DNA of 64,000 bases from Amphiscolops sp. MND2022 (GCA_964187785.1 OZ076409.1:12154001-12218000); one strand, 5' to 3'. Positions 11,051-24,300 are shown, counted from the stretch's first letter. The notes: generated by a model not told the origin, from the sequence alone. A program made the numbers and translations.

Positions 11051-13540
11051 TTGACACCAAAAACTTTTAGACTGCTCTCTTGGAATATAGAAGGTGTCAA
11101 AAACAAACTCAGTTATTGCGAAACATACAATTCATATGACATCATACTGCTTGTGGAAACACTGTCAACAGAACAACTGCAACTGAAGGATTATATCACA
11201 GTGGATGTACCTGCTAGAAAACATAAGAGAGGTAGACCGACCGGTGACATAATACTTGCCATAAGTCATTCTATAAGTGAAAGGTATACTGTGATATACA
11301 AATCTCAGCAAATTATTGCTGTTGTTTTTAGACGACGTAGAATTGCAATTATTGGGTCATACTTCCAACCAAACTTCGAAATTGAAGACTTGATTGGGGA
11401 ACTTGCCGATGCATTGAGTAAGGCCAATCCAGACTATCACATCATACTACTTGGAAATTACAACTGTAGATTAGATATACCGAATGAGAAGCAAGAAACT
11501 CTTCTCAGCTTTCTCCAAGATAACAGCTTCACTTGCCGGAATAACCCTGAAGTCATGACTTATATATCACATAATGAGAGGAGTACTATTGACTTGCTTT
11601 TTACTATTATTCCTAAACTATTAAAATAGTTCGTAATTATAGACAGCCCCCTCTCAAAACACTCTCAAATTACAGCTACCATTAGTGTGACTCTAATGAG
11701 AAGAAGTAAATTATCTCCAAGAATTCGAAAATGTGATCCTATACGGCTTTACAACAACGTGGAAGAGATGAGAAAACAAGCTTGGGAATACACATTTGAA
11801 AATACAAACGAGGAGGCGTTATTGCTGGCTAGCGGAATTAAAGGATGTATCAATAGAGCAGCTATCCCCGCTTCAAAAAGGAAATCTAAAGCATGGTTCA
11901 CTAACAAACATTATGAATTACATCACAATGTCAAAATAGCCTACAAACGGTATAGAGAAAACCCAATAAAAACAAACGCAAAAGTGTTGGTGGATGCCAA
12001 AAAAGATTCTAAAAAAGAATGTAGAATGGCTAAGAACTCTCAGAATGAGAAAAGAGAAAAACTATTATTTGGGTAGCCGAGAAAAATAGATCTCAGTTTT
12101 GAAAGATTCTCACAGCCAGAAAGCCGCCCCAGATGATCACCTGTCAGACAACGCAGACAGAACTGGAAATACATTTTAAAGCAATCTACTTTCTTCGAAA
12201 CATACCTACTTGGACATTGAACTCAATTAAAATGACGGATCACGTTTACGAACTTACTAGAAACGAAGATTTCAACATCATATTGGATGCAGAAATAAAC
12301 CTTACAGAGATTATAATGGCTTTCCAATCATTGAAAAGGAGAAAAGCTATAGGAATTGACAGGATCTCTGGAGAAGCACTGAAAGACAACTTTGAAATAC
12401 TCCAGCACTGTTTTTTGTACACTTTCAACAGGATATTCGAATCTGCAGTATGCCCAACAGAATGGAAGACTGCAATAGTCAACTTTTATATAAAGGTAAA
12501 GGCCCCAGAAATGACCCGGATAACTATAGTGGGATATCATATCTACCCGCGATGTACAAAGGATACTATAAAATCCTGTATGCAAGACTAGTGCAATGGT
12601 TAAATGCATATGACATTTTACCAGAATCACAGCATGGCTTCAGGAGCGGACATTCTACTATAACAGCTATATCTACCCTGATGAAGGATGTCGACAAAGC
12701 TCTGGACGAGTCCATGCCATACTATATTTGTTTTGTTGACTTTAGAAAAGCTTTCGATTCTATCAATAGACGTATACTCGTTACAAAATTGCATACTCTG
12801 GGTATTTCAGGTCATTTCCTTAATGTACTTTTCCAACGTGTTGTCAATAATTTTGTATACATACGTATCGACCAGTACCTTACAGACCAACTGCCCCAAA
12901 ATATTGGTGTTCCTCAGGGAGACAGATTGGCACCTTTACTTTTCACAGTTTTCATAGCCGACCTTGACAAAATTTTTGAGGAAAACAGGAGTTACAGTCG
13001 TCTTTTATGCAGATGATTTAGCCATTGGACATACCGATTTGTCAAAACTACAACGAGCACTGTTAACGCTAGGGAAATATTGTGAGAAGAATGATCTGGA
13101 AGTCAATACTGAAAAAACCAAAGTAATGAAAATGCGAAAAGCAGGAAGATTATGTCTTTATGATCTGCTAACTTACAAAAACACAGCACTGGAATTCGTG
13201 AATACCTTCAATTATATGGGAGCTGTATTGCAAACAAATGCGAATCCAACATCCAACTAAACATCTGAAACATCTAAGAAGAAAAGCTCTCATTGGAACA
13301 AAAACTCTGTCAGTGAAAATAGATTTAGCAAAAGTGCAATTAAGCACTGCTATGACACTATTTGAATCCATAATACTCCCTTCGGCAACTTATTCTCTGG
13401 AAGTATACAGAGGAAAAATCACAGAATCAATCAGACAACGGCATATCAAAATCTTACATAGTATATTCTACAAGAGATGGGCTGGAGTCCCAAGAAGACT
13501 ACCGACTGAACAACTGATGAACAGAATGCTCGAAGGTGAC
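11051..13540 (+). pseudogene. LINE ORF2 (APE endonuclease + RT), several stops/frameshifts, N-terminal part
   Basis: LLSWNIEG, LLVET, LGNYNCR, STIDLLF (APE); KAIGIDRI, QHGFR, FVDFRKAFDS, GVPQGD, FYADD (RT), spread over several frames. Confidence 0.9.
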
Positions 13541-15170
13541 TGTCGCAGCCTCATGGGTTCTCTGGACCTGTTCTGCAAGAGTAAAAAGGAAAACAAAGAA
13601 GCAGCCTGAAAGACAAACTCAATTTGATGAAACTCAATAAACTGCCTTCCCCCCTTTTATTTCTTTGCTTTTATTGTCTCGTTGTTTACCCTAACCAACG
13701 AATTAAGTCATGTAAATATTTATTTTATAGTTTCTTTGGTTGAATTGTGGAAGCCAGATGCGAATTAAGACATGTTGACTAAGTTTTCTTAACTTTTCAC
13801 CCTAGTTATTACTTGAAATATTGAGTTGTTTAGTTGAATTTAGGCCATAATCTCTGAATGGAACAATGATTAATCTAAACGTGACTTTTCAAATCAATGA
13901 GTATGCGTCACAGTACGAAAATGTGAAAATGAATACACTTCATCATGCTGTTTGTAATTAATAATTATGCACCATCATACGGAAAATTTCTAACGCATAT
14001 ACTGCAATATGCGGATTTTAACCACCGCTTATGCGGCACCATGCGGAAAACAGTAATTTCCTTCATACATTGTCACAGTGATATTTACACGTCACTATGC
14101 GGAAAATCGCCGGCGCTTATGCGTCAATATGCGGTTTTCCGCGTTTTTCATCATACGGTGTTATATCATTATTGCATTGTGATTATTCGTTGATATGCGG
14201 AAATTTAAGATCGTATATACGTCATTATGCAGTTTTCCAGGGTTTTTGCTGTAGCTGTACAATACTTGTTTCTGCTTGTCATGCAATGTATATTTAGAGT
14301 TATAAATAGAATTACGACACATGATGTAATCCTTTTTATAGAATATGAAGACCATGACACCCATAAAAACGGGTGTAATCCCCACCATTTTTTCCTTGTG
14401 CTCAGGACCTTAGACCCCAATCATTCTTTGAAATAACTCTCGCTGAAAACAGTTGATAAAACCCACACTCCAAACCGTTGTAAAAGCAGTTTCTCATAAT
14501 CAACAGTTGTCTCATTTTTCCAATTTGTTTTGTTGAAAATCTCAGCTGAATTCAAATTCTTCCCCAGCAAATCCAACACATTTTCACTTGAGAACAATGG
14601 GAAATAAGGGAAACAGAAGATCTAGAAGGCATGAAACACCTTCACCTGAGCGAGAATTGAGTGAAACACAATTAGAAACGCCAATGCAAGGTAATGAAAC
14701 TTTAACTAATGTTAGTACTGTTATTCAGGAACCTTTAGGTGAAAACGAGAACAGATCTAGTCTAATAGAACCTAGTCAAATCAGTAACGAAATCCAAGTT
14801 TGGACAGAGAACTTTGAACAAAAGAACAATGACAGGATAATGAAAATGAGAGAAGAGATGGAGAACAAATTTGATGCAATTTTGAAAGAAATAAGAACAA
14901 GCAAAACAACATCAACAATAACAAATCCCAGACCTGAAATTAATGGAATGCAAAACTCTCAACCTTCGGGATCCAAAAGTATTAGGTCTAATGGAGTTCA
15001 CGCATCAAACATAGAAAACTCAGATACTGAAAATGAGGATGATCATCCCCTCAGAGCCTCTGACATGAGAGAATTAAGGAATCCTGCTAGACCACTTTGT
15101 CAAAATGAACCGAACTTAGACGAAACGATAATATCAGAAAGAGACTCCGAGGAGGAGGAGGATTATCACA
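13541..15170 (+). repeat. 5' LTR of Gypsy B (1630 bp)
   Basis: TGTCGCAGCC...GATTATCACA; near-identical to 28262-29889 (about 15 substitutions and 2 small indels counted by eye). Confidence 0.97.
13903..14232 (+). repeat. 32-bp-phased array of 16-bp motif ATRCGKYANYATRCGG in the 5' LTR
   Basis: Motif starts at 13903, 13935, 13967, 13999, 14031; 14087, 14119; 14185, 14217. Confidence 0.85.
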
Positions 15171-16291
15171 TGGTGACAGGAGCCAACAGACAACTCCATA
15201 GACAAAGCTCCCAAAATCCTCAGTCTTTAAATGATACAGTTGGATCCTACGCAGATCAAACAACGTCACCATTGACAAACAAACCCCTTGACCCAGTTAA
15301 TCAAATTGCACAAGCAATCGAGAAACTGGCAAATAAAAACTCACAACAATCACTTTTTCACCCGAAAAACACATTGACATTCAATGGAAAAAACGAGAAA
15401 AACGAGAAATTCGAGTACTTTGAAGACCTGTTTCATACAACCCTTCGCATGCAGCCAAATCTAACAGAGGAAATGAAAATTAACCACTTTCATGCACACC
15501 TCAGAGGTTTGGCATTAAAAACATTCAAAAACATACAAAGAACGCCATCTACCACACTGGAAGACATTCTAAAAGTCTTTCGCAGAAAATACGTGAAACC
15601 AGAATCCAGTGCCTCAGCAAAGCACCGATTCAATAGACTTTTCTTTGACCCCGAAAACCAAAAACTACCAGATTGTCTTGAAGAACTCCAAGAAAGCGCT
15701 GAAAAAGCTTTCGGAGATAACGCACACCAGATGATAGAGAACCTACTCTATGCAAAGATGCCCCCTCACCTTAAAAAATCCATCAACCAAGCCTATCTCG
15801 AGAACGGCACATACGACCAGATCGTTAAACATCTCGAGAGGGAGATGGAGCTAAATGGTTTGGAAGCAGACGAAACCTCGGTCAAGACCCAAATGACCGT
15901 CACCAAAAAAGAACAAAATACTGAAAAACCAACTAAAAAACAAAATGAGAAGTCTAAAGCTCAGACTCCAAAAACAGTACCCAACAAGACACTTAAAAAT
16001 GACCAATGCCGTTACTGCAAGGAGACGGGTCATATGATGGCTGACTGCCCCAAGCTAGCAAAACGGCGTAAACTTGAAGAGGACCCGGATGCAGAAAAAT
16101 GCCAAAACTGCAATACACCAGGTCATGAGGAAGAAAACTGCTACTTCGGCGCCAACATGGATAACCGACCACCGAAGTGGAACCTCACCGAAGCCCAAAA
16201 GAAGGTTATCGAAGCTTACAAACAAGCTAGAAAACCTATAAAACCAAAAATAGAACGACCTCAACAATCCTCTTCCAAGGATTTAAACTAG
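14597..16291 (+). CDS. gag: Gag of Gypsy B; starts inside the 5' LTR
   Basis: ATG at 14597 (MGNKGNRRSRR); capsid-like middle region; two CCHC knuckles CRYCKETGHMMADC and CQNCNTPGHEEENC. Confidence 0.9.
   Translation: MGNKGNRRSRRHETPSPERELSETQLETPMQGNETLTNVSTVIQEPLGENENRSSLIEPSQISNEIQVWTENFEQKNNDRIMKMREEMENKFDAILKEIRTSKTTSTITNPRPEINGMQNSQPSGSKSIRSNGVHASNIENSDTENEDDHPLRASDMRELRNPARPLCQNEPNLDETIISERDSEEEEDYHMVTGANRQLHRQSSQNPQSLNDTVGSYADQTTSPLTNKPLDPVNQIAQAIEKLANKNSQQSLFHPKNTLTFNGKNEKNEKFEYFEDLFHTTLRMQPNLTEEMKINHFHAHLRGLALKTFKNIQRTPSTTLEDILKVFRRKYVKPESSASAKHRFNRLFFDPENQKLPDCLEELQESAEKAFGDNAHQMIENLLYAKMPPHLKKSINQAYLENGTYDQIVKHLEREMELNGLEADETSVKTQMTVTKKEQNTEKPTKKQNEKSKAQTPKTVPNKTLKNDQCRYCKETGHMMADCPKLAKRRKLEEDPDAEKCQNCNTPGHEEENCYFGANMDNRPPKWNLTEAQKKVIEAYKQARKPIKPKIERPQQSSSKDLN
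15171..15185 (+). other. Primer-binding site of Gypsy B (lies within the gag frame)
   Basis: TGGTGACAGG immediately after the LTR-terminal CA; tRNA identity not determined. Confidence 0.7.
16282..16288 (+). other. -1 ribosomal frameshift slippery heptamer (T TTA AAC)
   Basis: X XXY YYZ in the gag frame directly before the gag TAG; the -1 frame is open from 16282 into pol. Confidence 0.8.
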
Positions 16292-19200
16292 AAACGCCAC
16301 GCCTTAACAAACAAAACGCCCAAATAACAACTACAAAACCACAAGACGTCTGGCAGCGTCAAGTGGATACCATAAACATACAACTTAAACAGCTGACTAC
16401 AGAACCAGACTACACACCTCAAACACACAATCACTCCGACAACGATGAACCCCCACAGGAATCATACTATGAACTCATGAAAGATGCTCCTGACAAGTAT
16501 TTTTCAGACAATACTCAAACCTCCCCTGTACCTACAGACAATTCACCAGAAATCCACCACCCGAGTACTTTCTCTTGCAATGAACAAAAACAACCCCTTT
16601 TAGACGAAGATATCACAAACCACATCCAATTTGACCAAGAACGCAACCTGTCATACCTACCTATGTCAACCTCGTTAACATTGAAACGAAAACGCCACAT
16701 GTACTACATGCCAATGGACTTCGAAAAACTCACACTTGATGGACTCATTGACACAGGAGCCCTGACTAGTGCAATCTCCGAACAAGACCTTAACAAAATC
16801 AAATTAATTGCAAATGAAGCAATAAAAGATACTGGCCCACCGCCAAATTTCCAAATTATGGTGGCCAACGGTCAACTAGAGGTACCAACCGGCACAGTAC
16901 TACTTGAATTCGAAGTGGCTGATTTCATGTTACGAGAAAACTTCATCATCATGAAAAACCTACCAAACCCACTCATTGGTCTCTGCTTCCTTCGCAGAAA
17001 CAATGCAGTCTTTGATGTCACACAAGGCATCCTAACTTTTCCATACCTCTCAATGCAATTAAAACCAGACACACAAGTAACAATGCGTCAAGCAACACCA
17101 TTGTTTGCTGAAAATACATACACCCTTCAACCAGGCGAAACCCTCGCCATAGCAAGCAGAATGCCCCACCTGTTAGACCACGATGCAACAGGAATAGTCA
17201 CACCCTCACCACAATTCGAAAGCCACGACAGCATTTTCATCACATCGTCACTTAGTACGGTCAACAATAATGCTATCGGGTACCAAATAATCAACTTTTC
17301 AGAACTCCCATATACAATAGTTTATGACACCCATTTAGCAGACTTCAAAATCCTCACACCAGAACAAATCAAACATATACAACCTGTAGATCCAGCGATG
17401 TTGTCATTCATGATACAACATGAAGAAACAACCGAGATCTACATAATTGAACTACTGAAAGTTCCTTCACAAAACCCCGAACAAGAATCTTACTGGTTCC
17501 CAACACCAGAAGAACCAGGGGATCCTACAACGTATACCCCAATCCAACAACGAATATACAATGAACTCCTTGAGCTCAAAGAACTTGAACAACTCAACCC
17601 ACAAGACGATGCAAAATCAAGAAAAGCTTTCCTCTCGAATTTCGACTGGACTGACACAACGCTCAGCCAAGAAGAGCAGAAACAAATTGAAGAAATCCTC
17701 ATTGAATTTCACGATATTTTTGCCAGACACCGATTCGACATTGGCACCAATCGTGAATTCAAGGTTAAACTCACACCAAAAGATGATCGACCAGCCTACA
17801 GCCAAAGTTTGCCAACACCAATCAACCTCAAAGATGACATTACCGTAGAACTAGCACTTCTACACAAATATGGAATCATAACAACCCTACCTTTTTCAAA
17901 ATACGCTAGTCCAATTTTTGCACAACGCAAACCAAATGGACGCCTCAGACTACTTGTGGATCTCAGAAAAATCAACAATTTAATCACCGAAGACTACATC
18001 AACAATAACCACCCGGTAAGCACACTGTCGGATGCAGCACAACACATGGCAGGCAAGAAACTTTTCTGCAAATTAGACTGCTCCCAAGCTTACCACTGCC
18101 TTCAAATGGCAGACTACCAATCCATTCAGATGCTTGCTTTCAACTTTGCAAGCCGAACCTTTGCTTATCGCCGACTCGCTCAAGGCCTTAGCAGATCTCT
18201 CTCGGCTTTTTCTAGCTTCATGAGGGAGTACCTTGACAAGGCGATCAAAGCTGACCAATGTGCACAGTATGTCGATGACATTGGTATAGCAGCAAATGAC
18301 TTAAAACAGTTATGCGCCAACATCAGGACGGTCTTTGAATGTATCCGAAATGCTGGTCTAAAACTCACAATGTCCAAATGCCATTTCGGTGTCAAACAAG
18401 TAGATTTTCTAGGCCGCACAATCACACCTGTTGGCGTGGCCCCTCAAGCCGACAAAGTCAAAGATTTTTTGTCGAAATTGAGATTCCCCAAATCCAAAAA
18501 AGCACTCCAAAGGTACATAGGATTCCTAAACTATTACCGCAATTACATCCCGAGACTTTCTGAACGATTATCGCCGTTCTTCAAACTCCTCAAAGAAACC
18601 TCCAAATTCTATGTACCCACGAACTTGGTGGAAGACTTCTCCAACCTAAACAAACTTCTCGAAAACTCTTGCCAATTAGCCTTGAGACAACCTCTCAAAG
18701 ACAAACAACTCATAGTCATGTCTGATGCAAGCTTTACAGCAGCAGGATATGCTATCATGATAGAAGACGATCCCAGCCAAAAACTCCAGTCCAAACGCAA
18801 AACATATGCACCCATAGCATTTGGTTCGAAAACCTTCAACCCAACACAAACAAAATTGTCGATCTATGCGAAAGAATTCCTTTCCATATACTTTGCTTTT
18901 GTTGAATTTGGACACCTCATGTGGGGAAGCACTTTTCCAGTCATAGTGTTCACCGACAATAGATCTGTAACACGCTTTTTTCAAGCAAAACTCATTCCTC
19001 CAGCACTTTGGAACGCATGCGATTATGTCCTACAATACAATTTTGTCATTGCCCATGTTGCTGGTTCAATGAATACGGCGGCGGATTTCCTATCCAGAAC
19101 GGAAGTCAACCCAGTTGAAAAACTTGAAATGAGCATAAGAAACGATATCCAAACCAAAGCGATAAAAGTCAATATACAATCTTCTGGTATTGTGGAAGAA

Positions 19201-21160
19201 GAACAAATCTACATCCTTCCCGATGATGAATTTGACGAAAACAAACTTTGGGAAGAAAAGCAAAACGTGAGAAATCAAGCTCAAACTGAGACTCACAATG
19301 ACCCAGAAAACAATGTCACTGAACTTCAACAATTTCACAAACCGACATCAGGCTTAAACACATGCTCTGAAGGACATTTCCGAGACAATGCCAGAATTAG
19401 ACTCGAACAAAACAATGACATTGTCCTTAGGAACCTCAGAGCTAAAATAGAAGGAAACCCCTTTGATGAAAACGACTTGGCATCTGATTACAGATATCAG
19501 CATTACCTCCAAAACATAACCAGAATCGAAATCAAGCAAGAGGTTCTAACGAGAAGGTACTACACCGACACAGGAACCACCTCGCACTATCAGATTTTGT
19601 TACCAACACAACTCCTAGAAGAACTACTTCAAGCATTACACGGTCATAACTCAAACCATCCGGGTATCACAAAGATGATACAAGAAGTACGGCAGAAATA
19701 CTACTACCCTTGTATTGCAAAATACATTAAAAATGGGTGAGTAACTGCCAAACCTGCATACAAACCAAAAGGATCAATAATGACCTCCTCAGGACCGAAC
19801 TACTTAATTGCCCAGAATGGGATCTCGGCCCTGAAGACATTCTTCAAATGGACATTCTACCAAATCTACCACCCAGTGGTGGATATGACAGTATAATAAC
19901 AGCGATAGATGTTTTCTCTCGATACATGTTTGCATACCCAGTGACCCGCATCACTGCAACATCAGTAGCCAGAGTGATAATGGACATATTATGCAAACAT
20001 ACATACCTTCCAACAACAATCATCACAGACCTTGGCACACAATTCAATGCTCAAGTAACCAATGAAGTTACAGCTGTCCTTGGTGTTGAGCTAAAACATG
20101 CAACAATGAAACATGCTCAAACAATAGGACTTCTGGAAAGAACACATGCTTCAGTCAAAACCCAACTCAAAGCAGCAACTGGAGAATTTCGACATAATTG
20201 GCATAAATTTCTCCCGTTAGCAGTACTAAACCACAACACAACCTATCATGCATCGCTTGGTTGCGAGCCTTCACGAGTTTTCCATGGCCGCATCCCGCAC
20301 AACATACTGGATTACAAGTTAGGATACAATCCTAATCCGAAATATCAACCCCAAACTGACGTTGCAGAAGAAATACAACGACGAATGAGAATACTTTTAG
20401 ACCAGACCAAAAAGAACATAATGCAATCCTATCTCAAATACAAAGCCTATTATGATAGGAAAGCAAAAGCATCACCGTTAGAAACAACGGACTACTGCTA
20501 TATTTTAAACCCGAAAGCTGACACACAAGCAACAAAAATACCATTTCGGGAATTCAGATGGCAGGGTCCTTACAAAGTCGAAAAAGTCCTTCCTAATAAC
20601 AATTATATAGTTAGGAGACTGGGAACAAATAAAACACAACTTTTACATAGAATCAGGTTGAGAAAATTCACACCGCAAGCACCGTTAGCCGATATTTTCG
20701 TACGAGAATCTGATTGGCAAAAAGATGATCAAATGCCAGTGGCACATGATGACTTATATGCCCAATCATGGAACACCAATTTTGGGCCTAACCCATTTGA
20801 GGATAGCCCTCCAAATTATACACAAATTACTGATGACATTGAATATGTACCAGTTGAAGTACCTGAAAATAACCACCCTCCCACCCACGAATTTCCAAAA
20901 AATAGTGGGGGGAGCCCAGTGGAACAGACCACTGAACGCGAAGAAGAAAATTGTGATGAAAATCTACAAGAAATCCAAGATGAAAAATCAGAAATCTCCC
21001 AAAAAACCCCAAAAGAAAATACACCAGAAACGCAAACCCAAAAAACCCCAGAAAATTCCGAAAATACTCCATTGCAAGAAGAACCCATAAATACTCGTGG
21101 TGAAAAATACAATTTACGACCTAATCCCAACCCATTTACTCCGACTCCTACAGATACTAA
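16282..21160 (+). CDS. pol: Pol of Gypsy B (protease, RT, RNase H, integrase); 1-nt frameshift at ~19730; true end approximate
   Basis: LIDTGA protease, YVDD, MSDAS..ADFLSR, H..H..(frameshift)..CQTC, QMD/ITD/LER core, WQGPYKV. One A is missing in the AAAAA run at 19729-19733. Confidence 0.93.
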
Positions 21161-21353
21161 AAACACAGAGACTGACAACAATTTCTTTCCTTCCAGTCTA
21201 TCTTTTTCTCTGTTTGAAACTGTCTTCATTCTGCACTATATCCATCATAAACAATAATACCGATGGATTAATGAATACAATAACACAGAATTTTAAAGAA
21301 ATACATAAAAACAAAAATCGAAGTTTACAATCAGAAGTTTACACAATAGTGAA

Positions 21354-24300
21354 TCAATTCTTCTTGTTCTTTGTCGCCGTATCCTTTGCTTTTGGAGCAT
21401 CAGGCCCAACATTAACACAGCGTGGCAAAGAAATAGTAGCCTTTCCCAAAGACGAACGAGGGGATGGTGAGTTGCTGCTGGTGCCAGTGTCACTCCCGCA
21501 AGTAAGATCAACGTCGTCGGGAAGACACAGTTTAGGAGGGGCGATAACAACCTTCTTATATGAAGTCTCGAACGAATTCTGCAATGTTGCTCTCCTAGCA
21601 TTGCTACCTTTTAGAAAATTCCAGACCGAGAACTTACGGTCGTGAAGTAAATCCTTTCCCCTGCCCAACAATCGGAAAACACGGGAAATTGATCGTGGGT
21701 CCCGATACAAACTCGACACATTGGGTACAGTTGTAAATGATATCTGTACACCTGCCACACATGAACGAAAAACATCTGCATCAGCCCCCAATTCCGGAAT
21801 AGGAATCACGAAAGGGACAGGAACTTTAACCAACGGGGGTAAACATAAACTGGCATATTTGAATACCTGGTACAATTCAGGACGACACTGCATTTCGTAG
21901 TGCGAAACTAAAAACTGGAACCAGTCTTCAGGCTGAGGGACCTCGCAAGCTCTAAGCTTCGTGACAAATGAGCGATACTGACTGATGGTCTTAGTTTTCT
22001 CACTTGAAGTTAACCAACCAACACTCACAAAATGACCGGTAAGGCTTTCCACTGCAGCGACATATTGATCTTCTGTTCCGTACAAAATAACAGCAGAATC
22101 AAAGCATGCTAGTCCACGAACCAAACTGGATTTGTTGATCTCATGCGACAGAAGAAACGCACAGAATGATTTACAGAAGGATATAGTCTGCTCAACGAAC
22201 TTGCCCGGGCGTGGAAGCTTGCTGGTGGTAACAAGGCGATGATAGTCTTCGTTGAGAACGAATTGGTCGGCAGTTTTAAAGGGCAAATCAGTCCGGTTCA
22301 GATCGAGGCTTAGATACCGCTCCCATTCGGAAATATTGCCGAGGACACTATCAGGCAAGATACTCTGGAGTTGGCTGTATACAAAGACAGCATACTGGTT
22401 GTATAGCCTAAATCCAGCACCGAATTGATCGCGAATCTCTGAGAATGCGGAATCATCTGAAACATGAAAGATATTAAATGAGATAACACCAAATGTTGAG
22501 TATTAGACTGACAAAGCGTCAACATACAGTTTTGAAATGACGCCTATGCGTTACAATACAGCTATTAATAGACAATTATACACCACTGTGCGGTTTTGAA
22601 AAAACGCATATGCATCATCATGCGGTTTTCAGCCGACCACCATACGTTACCATACGTTTTTTAACGGACGACTATACGGTATCATGCGGTTTTCAGCCAG
22701 TGACTATGCGTCACTATACGGAATTCAATCAGTGTTCATATGCCATTGCGCGCATTATAGCTGACGTAAGAACAAGCTACGATGATCTAGCTGGTGAATA
22801 TGCATTACTATGCGGAATGTTATAAACGAGCATTCGCCACCATGCGAATGGTGAGTTTTGATTATGCGGTACCATACGGAAATTGTAGTATCGTATATAC
22901 GGCATCCTACAGAATTTGAAGATCAGCCACAAAGCGATGAAAGAAAGGGATGGACATGATTATGATTTTATCCAAAGTACATAAATGATTGTGGCAACGA
23001 AAAAGGTGTACGAAACGTGGCATGATTCAAAAGGAATCCTTCGTTGATTAGAGTTAGCAAATATACGGCGAATGAAGTTACGGAAAATAATTAAACAACT
23101 TTTGGACAAAATACCATATGAAAAGTCGAGAAATTGTGTGAAATTTATACTAACAGTGATCAAGAACACAGCGGATAATGAACAATCTGGCCAAATACGC
23201 CGTATCAAGGCGGAAGCACTCGTCAAGGGTGTTGGGCTATAATGATAAGAGAGAAAATAAAGACAGAACGGGAAAAAACCGAAATGATACTTCAGAAGGA
23301 AACAATACAAACCTCTCTCATGTGAAACCTGTAAGAAGGAAGTCGAGACACTCGGTTTAGGTGGTCGAGGACTTTATCCCAATGGATAGACAGGGTCTCA
23401 ATCAGAATGGATGCTTCCTTTGGAGAATATGAGAGGTCTATCACACACTGTAAAGCAAGTGGTTTAACACAGGAATTTCTATAACTATATTCATAGTGTG
23501 AACGAAACCTTACTTTGTAAAGGGTTGGAAGTGATTGGAGCCAATCTCTATCTAACGCTGTCCGCAGTTTCATTAAAAGAAAATCCAAGATAGTGCGGTA
23601 ATCGTGTCTCTCAAGGCTTCGAGACGTAGGCAAGGAAAGGCAGCGCTCCAATTCACTAGGGCCAAATCCATTGACAGAGGTGGGCCGTAGGCGACCAGGC
23701 AACGAAGCCTTAAAACAGGAATTAAGTCTTTCAGGACAATCAATAAGGCAAATGCAGGATGGGTGGACATCAAATAAACTCAAGAAGGATGAAACAACTC
23801 CCATCATCTTCTTTGGGACCAAAGTTCCACGTGGACCTGTTCCAAGACAGACTTGGTAGAAGACATTGCCTGCCCAGAAATTCAGAAAAATGTGTGTCTC
23901 GAATTGGTTGTTTTGAAATGATAATGAATATGTCTCGTTGCCAGAAATGGAAGTAACACAATGTTGTAGCAGTTCACGAAACATGAAAACAATGATACCC
24001 TGCAAACAAAAATGTTGTATCAGAGAATGGAATTAGCCCAACTATGAAAGGACAAAAGTATACTCACAAATAAGCGCTCTCGGTTCCAACTGAAAGTTGA
24101 CTCCTGGCTGTTCCCTGGGAAGAGCCGAACCATTTCACTCCACATCCCTGAGAGAGTGTCCACGTTGCCACCATGGCGAAGTCCGTACTCGAGGATAGCG
24201 ATTTGTGAAATGACATCTTCGCTGGGGTTGGAAGTGGTAGAGACGTCAGGGAGTCGATCTTGTCCCACTAGAAGGCGGCACGCATCTAACTGAGGCGCAA

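Noticed and set aside
13945..14436. Short ORFs in the LTRs (duplicated at 28667-29158)
   Set aside because: They overlap the motif array, show no protein features, and are duplicated only because the LTR is.
22546..22912. Repeat-spacer arrays as CRISPR
   Set aside because: Eukaryotic context, no cas genes, degenerate 16-bp repeats and 16-bp spacers; better explained as phased binding sites.
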